Source of the DNA: Eledone cirrhosa
Lineage: Eukaryota
NCBI GenBank assembly: GCA_964016885.1
Contig: CAXHJY010001633.1
Location: 54,379 to 118,378, forward strand
Direction of reading: 5' to 3'
DNA length: 64,000 bases
This document shows, in pieces, positions 15,001-30,000 of this stretch. Position numbers and translations under genes: made by a program. The notes under the pieces were generated by a model that saw nothing but the letters and a program-made list of their open reading frames with translations, was not told the DNA's origin and did not search any database. The stretch's first letter is position 1; every line of letters begins with the position of its first letter.

Positions 15001-18000
15001 GGTGTTGGATTGACCATCAGGATGTTGTAGGTTCTATTGCTAGACTGGGTTGTGTGTTGTGTTCTGTGGAGGTGTGTGGCCTAGTGGTAAGGGTGTTGGA
15101 CTGACCATCAGGATGTTGTAGGTTCAATTGCTGGACTGGGTTGTGTGTTTTCTTCTGTGGAGGTGTTCGGCCTAGTGGTAAGGGTGTTGGACTGACAATC
15201 AGAATGTTGTAGGTTCAATTCCAGGACTGGTTTGTGTGTTGTCTTCTGTTGAGGTGTGTGGCCTAGTGGTAAGGGTGTTGGACTGACCATCAGAATGTTG
15301 TAGGTTCAATTGCTAGACTGGGTTGTGTGTTGTGTTCTGTGCAGGTGTGTGGCCTAGTGGTAAAGGTCTTCGACTGACCATCAGAATGTTGTAGGTTCAA
15401 TTGCTGGACTGGGTTGTGTGTTGTGTTCTGTGGAGGTGTGTGGCCTAGTGGTAAGGGTGTTGGACTGACCATCAGAATGTTGTATGTTCAATTGCTAGAC
15501 TGGGTTGTGTGTTGTGTTCTGTGGAGGTGTGTGGCCTAGTGGTAAGGGTGTTGGACTGACCATCAGAATGTTGTAGGTTCAATTGCTAGACTGGGTTGTG
15601 TGTTGTGTTCTGTGGAGGTGTGTGGCCTAGTGGTAAAGGTGTTGGACTGACCATCAGAATGTTGTAGGTTCAATTGCTAGACTGGGTTGTGTGTTGTGTT
15701 CTGTGGAAGTGTGTGGCCTAGTGGTAAGGGTGTTGGACTGACCATCAGAATGTTGTATGTTCAATTGCTGGACTGGGTTGTGTGTTGTGTTCTGTGGAGG
15801 TGTGTAGCCTAGTGGTAAGGGTGTTGGACTGACCATCAGGATGTTGTAGGTTCAATTGCTAGACTGTGTTGTGTTCTGTGGAGGTGTGTGGCCTAGTGGT
15901 AAGGGTGTTGGACTGACCATCAGGATGTTGTAGGTTCAATTGCTAGACTGGATTGTGTTCTGTGGAGGTGTGTGGCCTAGTGGTAAGGGTGTTGGACTGA
16001 CCATCAGAATGTTGTAGGTTTAATTGCTAGACTGTGTTGTGTTCTGTGGAGGTGTGTGGCCTAGTGGTAAGGGTGTTGGACTCACCATCAGGATGTTGTA
16101 GGTTCAATTGCTAGACTGGGTTGTGTTCTGTTGAGGTGTGTGGCCTAGTGGTAAGGGTGTTGGACTGACCATCAGAATGTTGTAGGTTCAATTGCTAGAC
16201 TGGGTTGTGTGTTGTGTTCTGTGCAGGTGTGTGGCCTAGTGGTAAAGGTGTTCGACTGACCATCAGAATGTTGTAGGTTCAATTGCTGGACTGGGTTGTA
16301 TGTTGTGTTCTGTGGAGGTGTGTGGCCTAGTGATAAGGGTGTTGTTCTGACCATCAGGATGTTGTAGGTTCAATTGCTAGACTGGGTTGTGTGTTGTGTT
16401 CTGTGGAGGTGTGTGGCCTAGTGGTAAGGGTGTTGGATTGACCATCAGGATGTTGTAGGTTCAATTGCTGGACTGGGTTGTGTGTTGTGTTCTGTGGAGG
16501 TGTGTGCCCGAGTGGTAAGGGTGTTGGTTGACCATCAGTATGTTGTAGGTTCAATTGCTGGACTGGGTTGTGTGTTGTGTACTGTGGAGGTGTGTGGCCT
16601 AGTGGTAAGGGTGTTGGACTGACCATCAGAATGTTGTATGTTCAATTGCTAGACTGGGTTGTGTGTTGTGTTCTGTGGAAGTGTGTGGCCTAGTGGTAAG
16701 GGTGTTGGACTGACCATCAGAATGTTGTAGGTTCAATTGCTAGACTGGGTTGTGTGTTGTGTTCTGTGGAAGTGTGTGGCCTAGTGGTAAGGGTGTTGGA
16801 CTGACCATCAGAATGTTGTAGGTTCAATTGCTAGACTGGGTTGTGTGTTGTGTTCTGTGGAGGTGTGTGGCCTAGTGGTAAGGGTGTTGGATTGACCATC
16901 AGGATGTTGTAGGTTCAATTGCTGGACTGGGTTGTGTTCTGTGGAGGTGTGTGGCCTAGTGGTAAGGGTGTTGGATTGACCATCAGGATGTTGTAGGTTC
17001 AATTGCTGGACTGGGTTGTGTTCTGTGGAGGTGTGTGGCCTAGTGGTAAGGGTGTTGGACTGACCATCAAGATGTTGTAGGTTCAATTGCTGGACTGGGT
17101 TGTGTTCTGTGGAGGTGTGTGGCCTAGTGGTAAGGGTGTTGGACTGACCATCAGAATGTTGTATGTTCAAATGCTAGACTGGGTTGTGTGTTGTGTTCTG
17201 TGGAAGTGTGTGGCCTAGTGGTAAGGGTGTTGGATGGACCATCAGGATGTTGTAGGTTCAATTGCTGGACTGGGTTGTGTTCTGTGGAGGTGTGTGGCCT
17301 AGTGGTAAGGGTGTTGGACTGACCATCAGAATGTTGTATGTTCAAATGCTAGACTGGGTTGTGTGTTGTGTTCTGTGGAAGTGTGTGGCCTAGTGGTAAG
17401 GGTGTTGGATGGACCATCAGGATGTTGTAGGTTCTATTGCTAGACTGGGTTGTGTGTTGTGTTCTGTGGAGGTGTGTGGCCTAGTGGTAAGGGTGTTGGA
17501 CTGACCATCAGGATGTTGTAGGTTCAATTGCTGGACTGGGTTGTGTGTTGTGTTCTGTGGAGGTGTGTGGCCTAGTGGTAAGGGTGTTGGACTGACCATC
17601 AGGATGTTGTAGGTTCTATTGCTAGACTGTGTTGTGTGTTGTGTTCTGTGGAGGTGTGTGGCCTAGTGGTAAGGGTGTTGGACTGACCATCAGGACGTTG
17701 TAGGTTCTATTGCTAGACTGGGTTGTGTGTTGTGTTCTGTGGAAGTGTGTGGCCTAGTGGTAAGGGTGTTGGACTGACCATCAGAATGTTGTAGGTTCAA
17801 TTGCTAGACTGGGTTGTGTGTTGTGTTCTGTGGAAGTGTGTGGCCTAGTGGTAAGGGTGTTGGACTGACCATCAGAATGTTGTAGGTTCAATTGCTAGAC
17901 TGGATTGTGTGTTGTGTTCTGTGGAGGTGTGTGGCCTAGTGGTAAAGGTGTTGGACTGACCATCAGAATGTTGTAGGTTCAATTGCTAGACTGGGTTGTG

Positions 18001-21000
18001 TGTTGTGTTCTGTGCAAGTGTGTGGCCTAGTGGTAAGGGTGTTGGACTGACCATCAGAATGTTGTAGGTTCAATTGCTGGACTGGGTTGTGTGTTGTGTT
18101 CTGTGGAGGTGTGTGGCCTAGTGGTAAGGGTGTTGGACTGACCATCAGGATGTTGTAGGTTCAATTGCTAGACTGTGTTGTGTTCTGTGGAGGTGTGTGG
18201 CCTAGTGGTAAGGGTGTTGGACTCACCATTAGGATGTTGTCGGTTCAATTGCTAGACTGGGTTGTGTTCTGTGGAGGTGTGTGGCCTAGTGGTAAGGGTG
18301 TTGGACTGACCATCAGAATGTTGTAGGTTCAATTGCTAGACTGGGTTGTGTGTTGTGTTCTGTGCAGGTGTGTGGCCTAGTGGTAAAGGTGTTGGACTGA
18401 CCATCAGAATGTTGTAGGTTCAATTGCTGGACTGGGTTGTGTGTTGTGTTCTGTGGAGGTGTGTGGCCTAGTGGTAAGGGTGTTGTTCTGACCATCAGGA
18501 TGTTGTAGGTTCAATTGCTAGACTGGGTTGTGTGTTGTGTTCTGTGGAGGTGTGTGGCCTAGTGGTAAGGGTGTTGGACTGACCATCAGGATGTTGTAGG
18601 TTCAATTGCTAGACTGGGTTGTGTTCTGTGGAAGTGTGTGGCCTAGTGGTAAGGGTGTTGGACTGACCATCAGAATGTTGTAGGTTCAATTGCTAGACTG
18701 GGTTGTGTGTTGTGTTCTGTGGAGGTGTGTGGCCTAGTGGTAAGGGTGTTGGACTGACCATCAGGATGTTGTAGGTTCAATTGCTAGACTGGGTTGTGTT
18801 CTGTGGAGGTGTGTGGCCTAGTGGTAAGGGTGTTGGACTGACCATCAGAATGTTGTAGGTTCAATTGCTAGACTGGGTTGTGTGTTGTGTTCTGTGGAGG
18901 TGTGTGGCCTAGTGGTAAGGGTGTTGGACTGACCATCAGGATGTTGTAGGTTCAATTGCTAGACTGGGTTGTGTTCTGTGGAGGTGTGTGGCCTAGTGGT
19001 AAGGGTGTTGGACTGACCATCAGGATGTTGTAGGTTCAATTACTAGACTGTGTTGTGTTCTGTGGAGGTGTGTGGCCTAGTGGTAAGGGTGTTGGACTGA
19101 CCATCAGGATGTTGTAGGTTCAATTGCTAGACTGGGTTGTGTATTGTGTTCTGTGGAAGTGTGTGGCCTAGTGGTAAGGGTGTTGGACTGACCATCAGGA
19201 TGTTGTAGGTTCAATTGCTGGACTGGGTTGTGTTCTGTGGAGGTGTGTGGACTAGTGGTAAGGGTGTTGGACTGACCATCAGGATGTTGTAGGTTCAATT
19301 GCTAGACTGGGTTGTGTGTTGTGTTCTGTGGAAGTGTATGGCCTAGTGGTAAGGGTGTTGGACTGACCATCAGAATGTTGTAGGTTCAATTGCTAGACTG
19401 GGTTGTGTGTTGTGTTCTGTGGAAGTGTGTGGTCTAGTGGTAAGGGTGTTGGACTGACCATCAGAATGTTGTAGGTTCAATTGCTAGACTGGGTTGTGTG
19501 TCGTGTTCTGTGGAGGTGTGTGGCCTAGTGGTAAGGGTGTTGGACTGATCACCAGGATGTTGTAGGTTCAATTGCTGGACTGGGTTGTGTGTTGTGTTCT
19601 GTGGAGGTGTGTGGCCTAGTGGTAAGGGTGTTGGACTGACCATCAGAATATTGTAGGTTCAATTGCTAGACTGGGTTGTGTTGTGTTCTGTGGAGGTGTG
19701 TGGCCTAGTGGTAAGGGTGTTGGACTGACCATCAGGATGTTGTAGGTTCTATTGCTAGACTGGGTTGTGTGTTGTGTTCTGTGGAGGTGTGTGGCCTAGT
19801 GGTAAGGGTGTTGGACTGACCATCAGAATGTTGTAGGTTCTATTGCTAGACTGGGTTGTGTGTTGTGTTCTGTGGAGGTGTGTGGCCTAGTCGTAAGGGT
19901 GTTGGATTGACCATCAGGATGTTGTAGGTTCTATTGCTAGACTGGGTTGTGTGTTGTGTTCTGTGGAGGTGTGTGGCCTAGTGGTAAGGGTGTTGGACTG
20001 ACCATCAGGATGTTGTAGGTTCAATTGCTGGACTGGGTTGTGTGTTTTCTTCTGTGGAGGTGTTCGGCCTAGTGGTAAGGGTGTTGGACTGACAATCAGA
20101 ATGTTGTAGGTTCAATTCCAGGACTGGTTTGTGTGTTGTCTTCTGTTGAGGTGTGTGGCCTAGTGGTAAGGGTGTTGGACTGACCATCAGAATGTTGTAG
20201 GTTCAATTGCTAGACTGGGTTGTGTGTTGTGTTCTGTGCAGGTGTGTGGCCTAGTGGTAAAGGTCTTCGACTGACCATCAGAATGTTGTAGGTTCAATTG
20301 CTGGACTGAGTTGTGTGTTGTGTTCTGTGGAGGTGTGTGGCCTAGTGGTAAGGGTGTTGGACTGACCATCAGAATGTTGTATGTTCAATTGCTAGACTGG
20401 GTTGTGTGTTGTGTTCTGTGGAGGTGTGTGGCCTAGTGGTAAGGGTGTTGGACTGACCATCAGAATGTTGTAGGTTCAATTGCTAGACTGGGTTGTGTGT
20501 TGTGTTCTGTGGAGGTGTGTGGCCTAGTGGTAAAGGTGTTGGACTGACCATCAGAATGTTGTAGGTTCAATTGCTAGACTGGGTTGTGTGTTGTGTTCTG
20601 TGGAAGTGTGTGGCCTAGTGGTAAGGGTGTTGGACTGACCATCAGAATGTTGTAGGTTCAATTGCTGGACTGGGTTGTGTGTTGTGTTCTGTGGAGGTGT
20701 GTGGCCTAGTGGTAAGGGTGTTGGACTGACCATCAGGATGTTGTAGGTTCAATTGCTAGACTGTGTTGTGTTCTGTGGAGGTGTGTGGCCTAGTGGTAAG
20801 GGTGTTGGACTGACCATCAGGATGTTGTAGGTTCAATTGCTAGACTGGATTGTGTTCTGTGGAGGTGTGTGGCCTAGTGGTAAGGGTGTTGGACTGACCA
20901 TCAGAATGTTGTAGGTTTAATTGCTAGACTGTGTTGTGTTCTGTGGAGGTGTGTGGCCTAGTGGTAAGGGTGTTGGACTCACCATCAGGATGTTGTAGGT

Positions 21001-24000
21001 TCAATTGCTAGACTGGGTTGTGTTCTGTTGAGGTGTGTGGCCTAGTGGTAAGGGTGTTGGACTGACCATCAGAATGTTGTAGGTTCAATTGCTAGACTGG
21101 GTTGTGTGTTGTGTTCTGTGCAGGTGTGTGGCCTAGTGGTAAAGGTGTTCGACTGACCATCAGAATGTTGTAGGTTCAATTGCTGGACTGGGTTGTATGT
21201 TGTGTTCTGTGGAGGTGTGTGGCCTAGTGGTAAGGGTGTTGTTCTGACCATCAGGATGTTGTAGGTTCAATTGCTAGACTGGGTTGTGTGTTGTGTTCTG
21301 TGGAGGTGTGTGGCCTAGTGGTAAGGGTGTTGGATTGACCATCAGGATGTTGTAGGTTCAATTGCTGGACTGGGTTGTGTGTTGTGTTCTGTGGAGGTGT
21401 GTGGCCGAGTGGTAAGGGTGTTGGATTGACCATCAGTATGTTGTAGGTTCAATTGCTGGACTGGGTTGTGTGTTGTGTACTGTGGAGGTGTGTGGCCTAG
21501 TGGTAAGGGTGTTGGACTGACCATCAGAATGTTGTATGTTCAATTGCTAGACTGGGTTGTGTGTTGTGTTCTGTGGAAGTGTGTGGCCTAGTGGTAAGGG
21601 TGTTGGACTGACCATCAGAATGTTGTAGGTTCAATTGCTAGACTGGGTTGTGTGTTGTGTTCTGTGGAAGTGTGTGGCCTAGTGGTAAGGGTGTTGGACT
21701 GACCATCAGAATGTTGTAGGTTCAATTGCTAGACTGGGTTGTGTGTTGTGTTTTGTGGAGGTGTGTGGCCTAGTGGTAAGGGTGTTGGATTGACCATCAA
21801 GATGTTGTAGGTTCAATTGCTGGACTGGGTTGTGTGTTGTGTTCTGTGGAGGTGTGTGGCCTAGTGGTAAGGGTGTTGGACTGACCATCAGAATGTTGTA
21901 TGTTCAAATGCTAGACTGGGTTGTGTGTTGTGTTCTGTGGAAGTGTGTGGCCTAGTGGTAAGGGTGTTGGATGGACCATCAGGATGTTGTAGGTTCTATT
22001 GCTAGACTGGGTTGTGTGTTGTGTTCTGTGGAGGTGTGTGGCCTAGTGGTAAGGGTGTTGGACTGACCATCAGGATGTTGTAGGTTCAATTGCTGGACTG
22101 GGTTGTGTGTTGTGTTCTGTGGAGGTGTGTGGCCTAGTGGTAAGGGTGTTGGACTGACCATCAGGATGTTGTAGGTTCTATTGCTAGACTGTGTTGTGTG
22201 TTGTGTTCTGTGGAGGTGTGTGGCCTAGTGGTAAGGGTGTTGGACTGACCATCAGAATGTTGTAGGTTCAATTGCTAGACTGGGTTGTGTGTTGTGTTCT
22301 GTGCAAGTGTGTGGCCTAGTGGTAATGGTGTTGGACTGACCATCAGGATGTTGTAGGTTCAATTGCTGGACTGGGTTGTGTGTTGTGTTCTGTGGAGGTG
22401 TGTGGCCTAGTGGTAAGGGTGTTGGACTGACCATCAGAATGTTGTAGGTTCAATTGCAGGACTGGGTTGTGTGTTGTGTTCTGTGGAGGTGTGTGGCCTA
22501 GTGGTAAGGGTGTTGGACTGACCATCAGGATGTTGTAGGTTCAATTGCTAGACTGTGTTGTGTTCTGTGGAGGTGTGTGGCCTAGTGGTAAGGGTGTTGG
22601 ACTGACCATCAGGATGTTGTAGGTTCAATTGCTAGACTGGGTTGTGTTCTGTGGAAGTGTGTGGCCGAGTAGTAAAGGTGTTGGACTGACCATCAGAATG
22701 TTGTAGGTTCAATTGCTGGACTGGGTTGTGTGTTGTGTTCTGTGGAGGTGTGTGGCCTAGTGGTAAGGGTGTTGGACTGACCATCAGAATGTTGTATGTT
22801 CAATTGCTAGACTGGGTTGTGTGTTGTGTTCTGTGGAAGTGTGTGGCCTAGTGGTAAGGGTGTTGGACTGACCATCAGAATGTTGTAGGTTCAATTGCTA
22901 GACTGGGTTGTGTGTTGTGTTCTGTGGAAGTGTGTGGCCTAGTGGTAAGGGTGTTGGACTGACCATCAGAATGTTGTAGGTTCAATTGCTAGACTGGGTT
23001 GTGTGTTGTGTTTTGTGGAGGTGTGTGGCCTAGTGGTAAGGGTGTTGGATTGACCATCAGGATGTTGTAGGTTCAATTGCTGGACTGGGTTGTGTTCTGT
23101 GGAGGTGTGTGGCCTAGTGGTAAGGGTGTTGGATTGACCATCAAGATGTTGTAGGTTCAATTGCTGGACTGGGTTGTGTGTTGTGTTCTGTGGAGGTGTG
23201 TGGCCTAGTGGTAAGGGTGTTGGACTGACCATCAGAATGTTGTAGGTTCAATTGCTAGACTGGGTTGTGTGTTGTGTTCTGTGGAGGTGTGTGGCCTAGT
23301 GGTAAGGGTGTTGGATTGACCATCAGGATGTTGTAGGTTCAATTGCTGGACTGGGTTGTGTTCTGTGGAGGTGTGTGGCCTAGTGGTAAGGGTGTTGGAT
23401 TGACCATCAAGATGTTGTAGGTTCAATTGCTGGACTGGGTTGTGTGTTGTGTTCTGTGGAGGTGTGTGGCCTAGTGGTAAGGGTGTTGGACTGACCATCA
23501 GAATGTTGTATGTTCAAATGCTAGACTGGGTTGTGTGTTGTGTTCTGTGGAAGTGTGTGGCCTAGTGGTAAGGGTGTTGGATGGACCATCAGGATGTTGT
23601 AGGTTCTATTGCTAGACTGGGTTGTGTGTTGTGTTCTGTGGAGGTGTGTGGCCTAGTGGTGAGGGTGTTGGACTGACCATCAGGATGTTGTAGGTTCAAT
23701 TGCTGGACTGGGTTGTGTGTTGTGTTCTGTGGAGGTGTGTGGCCTAGTGGTAAGGGTGTTGGACTGACCATCAGGATGTTGTAGGTTCTATTGCTAGACT
23801 GTGTTGTGTGTTGTGTTCTGTGGAGGTGTGTGGCCTAGTGGTAAGGGTGTTGGACTGACCATCAGAATGTTGTAGGTTCAATTGCTAGACTGGGTTGTGT
23901 GTTGTGTTCTGTGCAAGTGTGTGGCCTAGTGGTAAGGGTGTTGGACTGACCATCAGGATGTTGTAGGTTCAATTGCTGGACTGGGTTGTGTGTTGTGTTC

Positions 24001-27000
24001 TGTGGAGGTGTGTGGCCTAGTGGTAAGGGTGTTGGACTGACCATCAGAATGTTGTAGGTTCAATTGCTGGACTGGGTTGTGTGTTGTGTTCTGTGGAGGT
24101 GTGTGGCCTAGTGGTAAGGGTGTTGGACTGACCATCAGGATGTTGTAGGTTCAATTGCTAGACTGTGTTGTGTTCTGTGGAGGTGTGTGGCCTAGTGGTA
24201 AGGGTGTTGGACTGACCATCAGGATGTTGTAGGTTCAATTGCTAGACTGGGTTGTGTTCTGTGGAAGTGTGTGGCCGAGTAGTAAAGGTGTTGGACTGAC
24301 CATCAGAATGTTGTAGGTTCAATTGCTGGACTGGGTTGTGTGTTGTGTTCTGTGGAGGTGTGTGGCCTAGTGGTAAGGGTGTTGGACTGACCATCAGGAT
24401 GTTGTAGGTTCAATTGCTAGACTGTGTTGTGTTCTGTGGAGGTGTGTGGCCTAGTGGTAAGGGTGTTGGACTCACCATCAGGATGTTGTAGGTTCAATTG
24501 CTAGACTGGGTTGTGTTCTGTTGAGGTGTGTGGCCTAGTGGTAAAGGTGTTGGACTGACCATCAGAATGTTGTAGGTTCAATTGCTAGACTGGGTTGTGT
24601 GTTGTGTTCTGTGCAGGTGTGTGGCCTAGTGGTAAAGGTGTTGGACTGACCATCAGAATGTTGTAGGTTCAATTGCTGGACTGGGTTGTGTGTTGTGTTC
24701 TGTGGAGGTGTGTGGCCTAGTGGTAAGGGTGTTGTTCTGACCATCAGGATGTTGTAGGTTCAATTGCTAGACTGGGTTGTGTGTTGTGTTCTGTGGAGGT
24801 GTGTGGCCTAGTGGTAAGGGTGTTGGACTGACCATCAGGATGTTGTAGGTTCAATTGCTAGACTGGGTTGTGTTCTGTGGAGGTGTGTGGCCTAGTGGTA
24901 AGGGTGTTGGACTGACCATCAGAATGTTGTAGGTTCAATTGCTAGACTGGGTTGTGTGTTGTGTTCTGTGGAGGTGTGTGGCCTAGTGGTAAGGGTGTTG
25001 GACTGACCATCAGGATGTTGTAGGTTCAATTGCTAGACTGGGTTGTGTTCTGTGGAGGTGTGTGGCCTAGTGGTAAGGGTGTTGGACTGACCATCAGAAT
25101 GTTGTAGGTTCAATTGCTAGACTGGGTTGTGTGTTGTGTTCTGTGGAGGTGTGTGGCCTAGTGGTAAGGGTGTTGGACTGACCATCAGGATGTTGTAGGT
25201 TCAATTACTAGACTGTGTTGTGTTCTGTGGAGGTGTGTGGCCTAGTGGTAAGGGTGTTGGACTGACCATCAGGATGTTGTAGGTTCAATTGCTAGACTGG
25301 GTTGTGTATTGTGTTCTGTGGAAGTGTGTGGCCTAGTGGTAAGGGTGTTGGACTGACCATCAGGATGATGTAGGTTCAATTGCTGGACTGGGTTGTGTTC
25401 TGTGGAGGTGTGTGGACTAGTGGTAAGGGTGTTGGACTGACCATCAGGATGTTGTAGGTTCAATTGCTAGACTGGGTTGTGTGTTGTGTTCTGTGGAAGT
25501 GTATGGCCTAGTGGTAAGGGTGTTGGACTGACCATCAGAATGTTGTAGGTTCAATTGCTAGACTGGGTTGTGTGTTGTGTTCTGTGGAAGTGTGTGGTCT
25601 AGTGGTAAGGGTGTTGGACTGACCATCAGAATGTTGTAGGTTCAATTGCTAGACTGGGTTGTGTGTCGTGTTCTGTGGAGGTGTGTGGCCTAGTGGTAAG
25701 GGTGTTGGACTGATCACCAGGATGTTGTAGGTTCAATTGCTGGACTGGGTTGTGTGTTGTGTTCTGTGGAGGTGTGTGGCCTAGTGGTAAGGGTGTTGGA
25801 CTGACCATCAGAATATTGTAGGTTCAATTGCTAGACTGGGTTGTGTTGTGTTCTGTGGAGGTGTGTGGCCTAGTGGTAAGGGTGTTGGACTGACCATCAG
25901 GATGTTGTAGGTTCTATTGCTAGACTGGGTTGTGTGTTGTGTTCTGTGGAGGTGTGTGGCCTAGTGGTAAGGGTGTTGGACTGACCATCAGGATGTTGTA
26001 GGTTCAATTGCTAGACTGGGTTGTGGGTTGTGTTCTGTGGAGGTGTGTGGCCTAGTCGTAAGGGTGTTGGATTGACCATCAGGATGTTGTAGGTTCTATT
26101 GCTAGACTGGGTTGTGTGTTGTGTTCTGTGGAGGTGTGTGGCCTAGTGGTAAGGGTGTTGGACTGACCATCAGGATGTTGTAGGTTCAATTGCTGGACTG
26201 GGTTGTGTGTTTTCTTCTGTGGAGGTGTTCGGCCTAGTGGTAAGGGTGTTGGACTGACCATCAGAATGTTGTAGGTTCAATTCCAGGACTGGTTTGTGTG
26301 TTGTCTTCTGTTGAGGTTTGTGGCCTAGTGGTATGTGTGTTGGACTGACCATCAGGATGTTGTAGGTTTAATTGCTAGACTGGGTTGTGTATTGTGTTCT
26401 GTGGAAGTGTGTGGCCTAGTGGTAAGGGTGTTGGACTGACCATCAGGATGTTGTAGGTTCAATTGCTGGACTGGGTTGTGTTCTGTGGAGGTGTGTGGCC
26501 TAGTGGTAAGGGTGTTGGACTCACCATCAGGATGTTGTAGGTTCAATTGCTAGACTGTGTTGTGTTCTGTTGAGGTGTGTGGCCTAGTGGTAAGGGTGTT
26601 GGACTGACCATCAGAATGTTGTAGGTTCAATTGCTAGATTGGGTTGTGTGTTGTGTTCTGTGCAGGTGTGTGGCCTAGTGGTAAAGGTGTTCGACTGACC
26701 ATCAGAATGTTGTAGGTTCAATTGCTGGACTGGGTTGTGTGTTGTGTTCTGTGGAGGTGTGTGGCCTAGTGGTAAGGGTGTTGTTCTGACCATCAGGATG
26801 TTGTAGGTTCAATTGCCAGACTGGGTTGTGTGTTGTGTTCTGTGGAGGTGTGCGGCCTAGTGGTAAGGGTGTTGGATTGACCATCAGGATGTTGTAGGTT
26901 CAATTGCTGGACTGGGTTGTGTGTTGTGTTCTGTGGAGGTGTGTGGCCGAGTGGTAAGGGTGTTGGATTGACCATCAGTATGTTGTAGGTTCAATTGCTG

Positions 27001-30000
27001 GACTGGGTTGTGTGTTGTGTTCTGTGGAGGTGTGTGGCCTAGTGGTAAGGGTGTTGGACTGACCATCAGAATGTTGTATGTTCAATTGCTAGACTGGGTT
27101 GTGTGTTGTGTTCTGTGGAAGTGTGTGGCCTAGTGGTAAGGGTGTTGGACTGACCATCAGAATGTTGTAGGTTCAATTGCTAGACTGGGTTGTGTGTTGT
27201 GTTCTGTGGAAGTGTGTGGCCTAGTGGTAAGGGTGTTGGACTGACCATCAGAATGTTGTAGGTTCAATTGCTAGACTGGGTTGTGTGTTGTGTTTTGTGG
27301 AGGTGTGTGGCCTAGTGGTAAGGGTGTTGGATTGACCATCAGGATGTTGTAGGTTCAATTGCTGGACTGGGTTGTGTGTTGTGTTCTGTGGAGGTGTGTG
27401 GCCGAGTGGTAAGGGTGTTGGATTGACCATCAGTATGTTGTAGGTTCAATTGCTGGACTGGGTTGTGTGTTGTGTTCTGTGGAGGTGTGTGGCCTAGTGG
27501 TAAAGGTGTTGGACTGACCATCAGAATGTTGTAGGTTCAATTGCTAGACTGGGTTGTGTGTTGTGTTCTGTGCAAGTGTGTGGCCTAGTGGTAAGGGTGT
27601 TGGACTGACCATCAGAATGTTGTAGGTTCAATTGCTGGACTGGGTTGTGTGTTGTGTTCTGTGGAGGTGTGTGGCCTAGTGGTAAGGGTGTTGGACTGAC
27701 CATCAGGATGTTGTAGGTTCAATTGCTAGACTGTGTTGTGTTCTGTGGAGGTGTGTGGCCTAGTGGTAAGGGTGTTGGACTGACCATCAGGATGTTGTAG
27801 GTTCAATTGCTAGACTGGGTTGTGTTCTGTGGAGGTGTGTGGCCTAGTGGTAAGGGTGTTGGACTGACCATCAGAATGTTGTAGGTTCAATTGCTAGACT
27901 GGGTTGTGTGTTGTGTTCTGTGCAGGTGTGTGGCCTAGTGGTAAAGGTGTTGGACTGACCATCAGAATGTTGTAGGTTCAATTGCTGGACAGGGTTGTGT
28001 GTTGTGTTCTGTGGAGGTGTGTGGCCTAGTGGTAAGGGTGTTGGACTGACCATCAGGATGTTGTAGGTTCAATTGCTAGACTGTGTTGTGTTCTGTGGAG
28101 GTGTGTGGCCTAGTGGTAAGCGTGTTGGACTCACCATCAGGATGTTGTAGGTTCAATTGCTAGACTGGGTTGTGTTCTGTTGAGGTGTGTGGCCTAGTGG
28201 TAAAGGTGTTGGACTGACCATCAGAATGTTGTAGGTTCAATTGCTAGACAGGGTTGTGTGTTGTGTTCTGTGCAGGTGTGTGGCCTAGTGGTAAAGGTGT
28301 TGGACTGACCATCAGAATGTTGTAGGTTCAATTGCTGGACTGGGTTGTGTGTTGTGTTCTGTGGAGGTGTGTGGCCTAGTGGTAAGGGTGTTGTTCTGAC
28401 CATCACGATGTTGTAGGTTCAATTGCTAGACTGGGTTGTGTGTTGTGTTCTGTGGAGGTGTGTGGCCTAGTGGTAAGGGTGTTGGACTGACCATCAGGAT
28501 GTTGTAGGTTCAATTGCTAGACTGGGTTGTGTTCTGTGGAGGTGTGTGGCCTAGTGGTAAGGGTGTTGGACTGACCATCAGAATGTTGTAGGTTCAATTG
28601 CTAGACTGGGTTGTGTGTTGTGTTCTGTGGAGGTGTGTGGCCTAGTGGTAAGGGTGTTGGACTGACCATCAGGATGTTGTAGGTTCAATTGCTAGACTGG
28701 GTTGTGTTCTGTGGAGGTGTGTGGCCTAGTGGTAAGGGTGTTGGACTGACCATCAGAATGTTGTAGGTTCAATTGCTAGACTGGGTTGTGTGTTGTGTTC
28801 TGTGGAGGTGTGTGGCCTAGTGGTAAGGGTGTTGGACTGACCATCAGGATGTTGTAGGTTCAATTGCTAGACTGGGTTGTGTTCTGTGGAGGTGTGTGGC
28901 CTAGTGGTAAGGGTGTTGGACTGACCATCAGGATGTTGTAGGTTCAATTACTAGACTGTGTTGTGTTCTGTGGAGGTGTGTGGCCTAGTGGTAAGGGTGT
29001 TGGACTGACCATCAGGATGTTGTAGGTTCAATTGCTAGACAGGGTTGTGTATTGTGTTCTGTGGAAGTGTGTGGCCTAGTGGTAAGGGTGTTGGACTGAC
29101 CATCAGGATGTTGTAGGTTCAATTGCTGGACTGGGTTGTGTTCTGTGGAGGTGTGTGGACTAGTGGTAAGGGTGTTGGACTGACCATCAGGATGTTGTAG
29201 GTTCAATTGCTAGACTGGGTTGTGTGTTGTGTTCTGTGGAAGTGTATGGCCTAGTGGTAAGGCTGTTGGACTGACCATCAGAATGTTGTAGGTTCAATTG
29301 CTAGACTGGGTTGTGTGTTGTGTACTGTGGAAGTGTGTGGTCTAGTGGTAAGGGTGTTGGACTGACCATCAGAATGTTGTAGGTTCAATTGCTAGACTGG
29401 GTTGTGTGTCGTGTTCTGTGGAGGTGTGTGGCCTAGTGGTAAGGGTGTTGGACTGATCACCAGGATGTTGTAGGTTCAATTGCTGGACTGGGTTGTGTGT
29501 TGTGTTCTGTGGAGGTGTGTGGCCTAGTGGTAAGGGTGTTGGACTGACCATCAGGATGTTGTAGGTTCTATTGCTAGACTGGGTTGTGTGTTGTGTTCTG
29601 TGGAGGTGTGTGGCCTAGTGGTAAGGGTGTTGGACTGACCATCAGAATGTTGTAGGTTCTATTGCTAGACTGGGTTGTGTGTTGTGTTCTGTGGAGGTGT
29701 GTGGCCTAGTCGTAAGGGTGTTGGATTGACCATCAGGATGTTGTAGGTTCTATTGCTAGACTGGGTTGTGTGTTGTGTTCTGTGGAGGTGTGTGGCCTAG
29801 TGGTAAGGGTGTTGGACTGACCATCAGGATGTTGTAGGTTCAATTGCTGGACTGGGTTGTGTGTTTTCTTCTGTGGAGGTGTTCGGCCTAGTGGTAAGGG
29901 TGTTGGACTGACCATCAGAATGTTGTAGGTTCAATTCCAGGACTGGTTTGTGTGTTGTCTTCTGTTGAGGTTTGTGGCCTAGTGGTATGTGTGTTGGACT

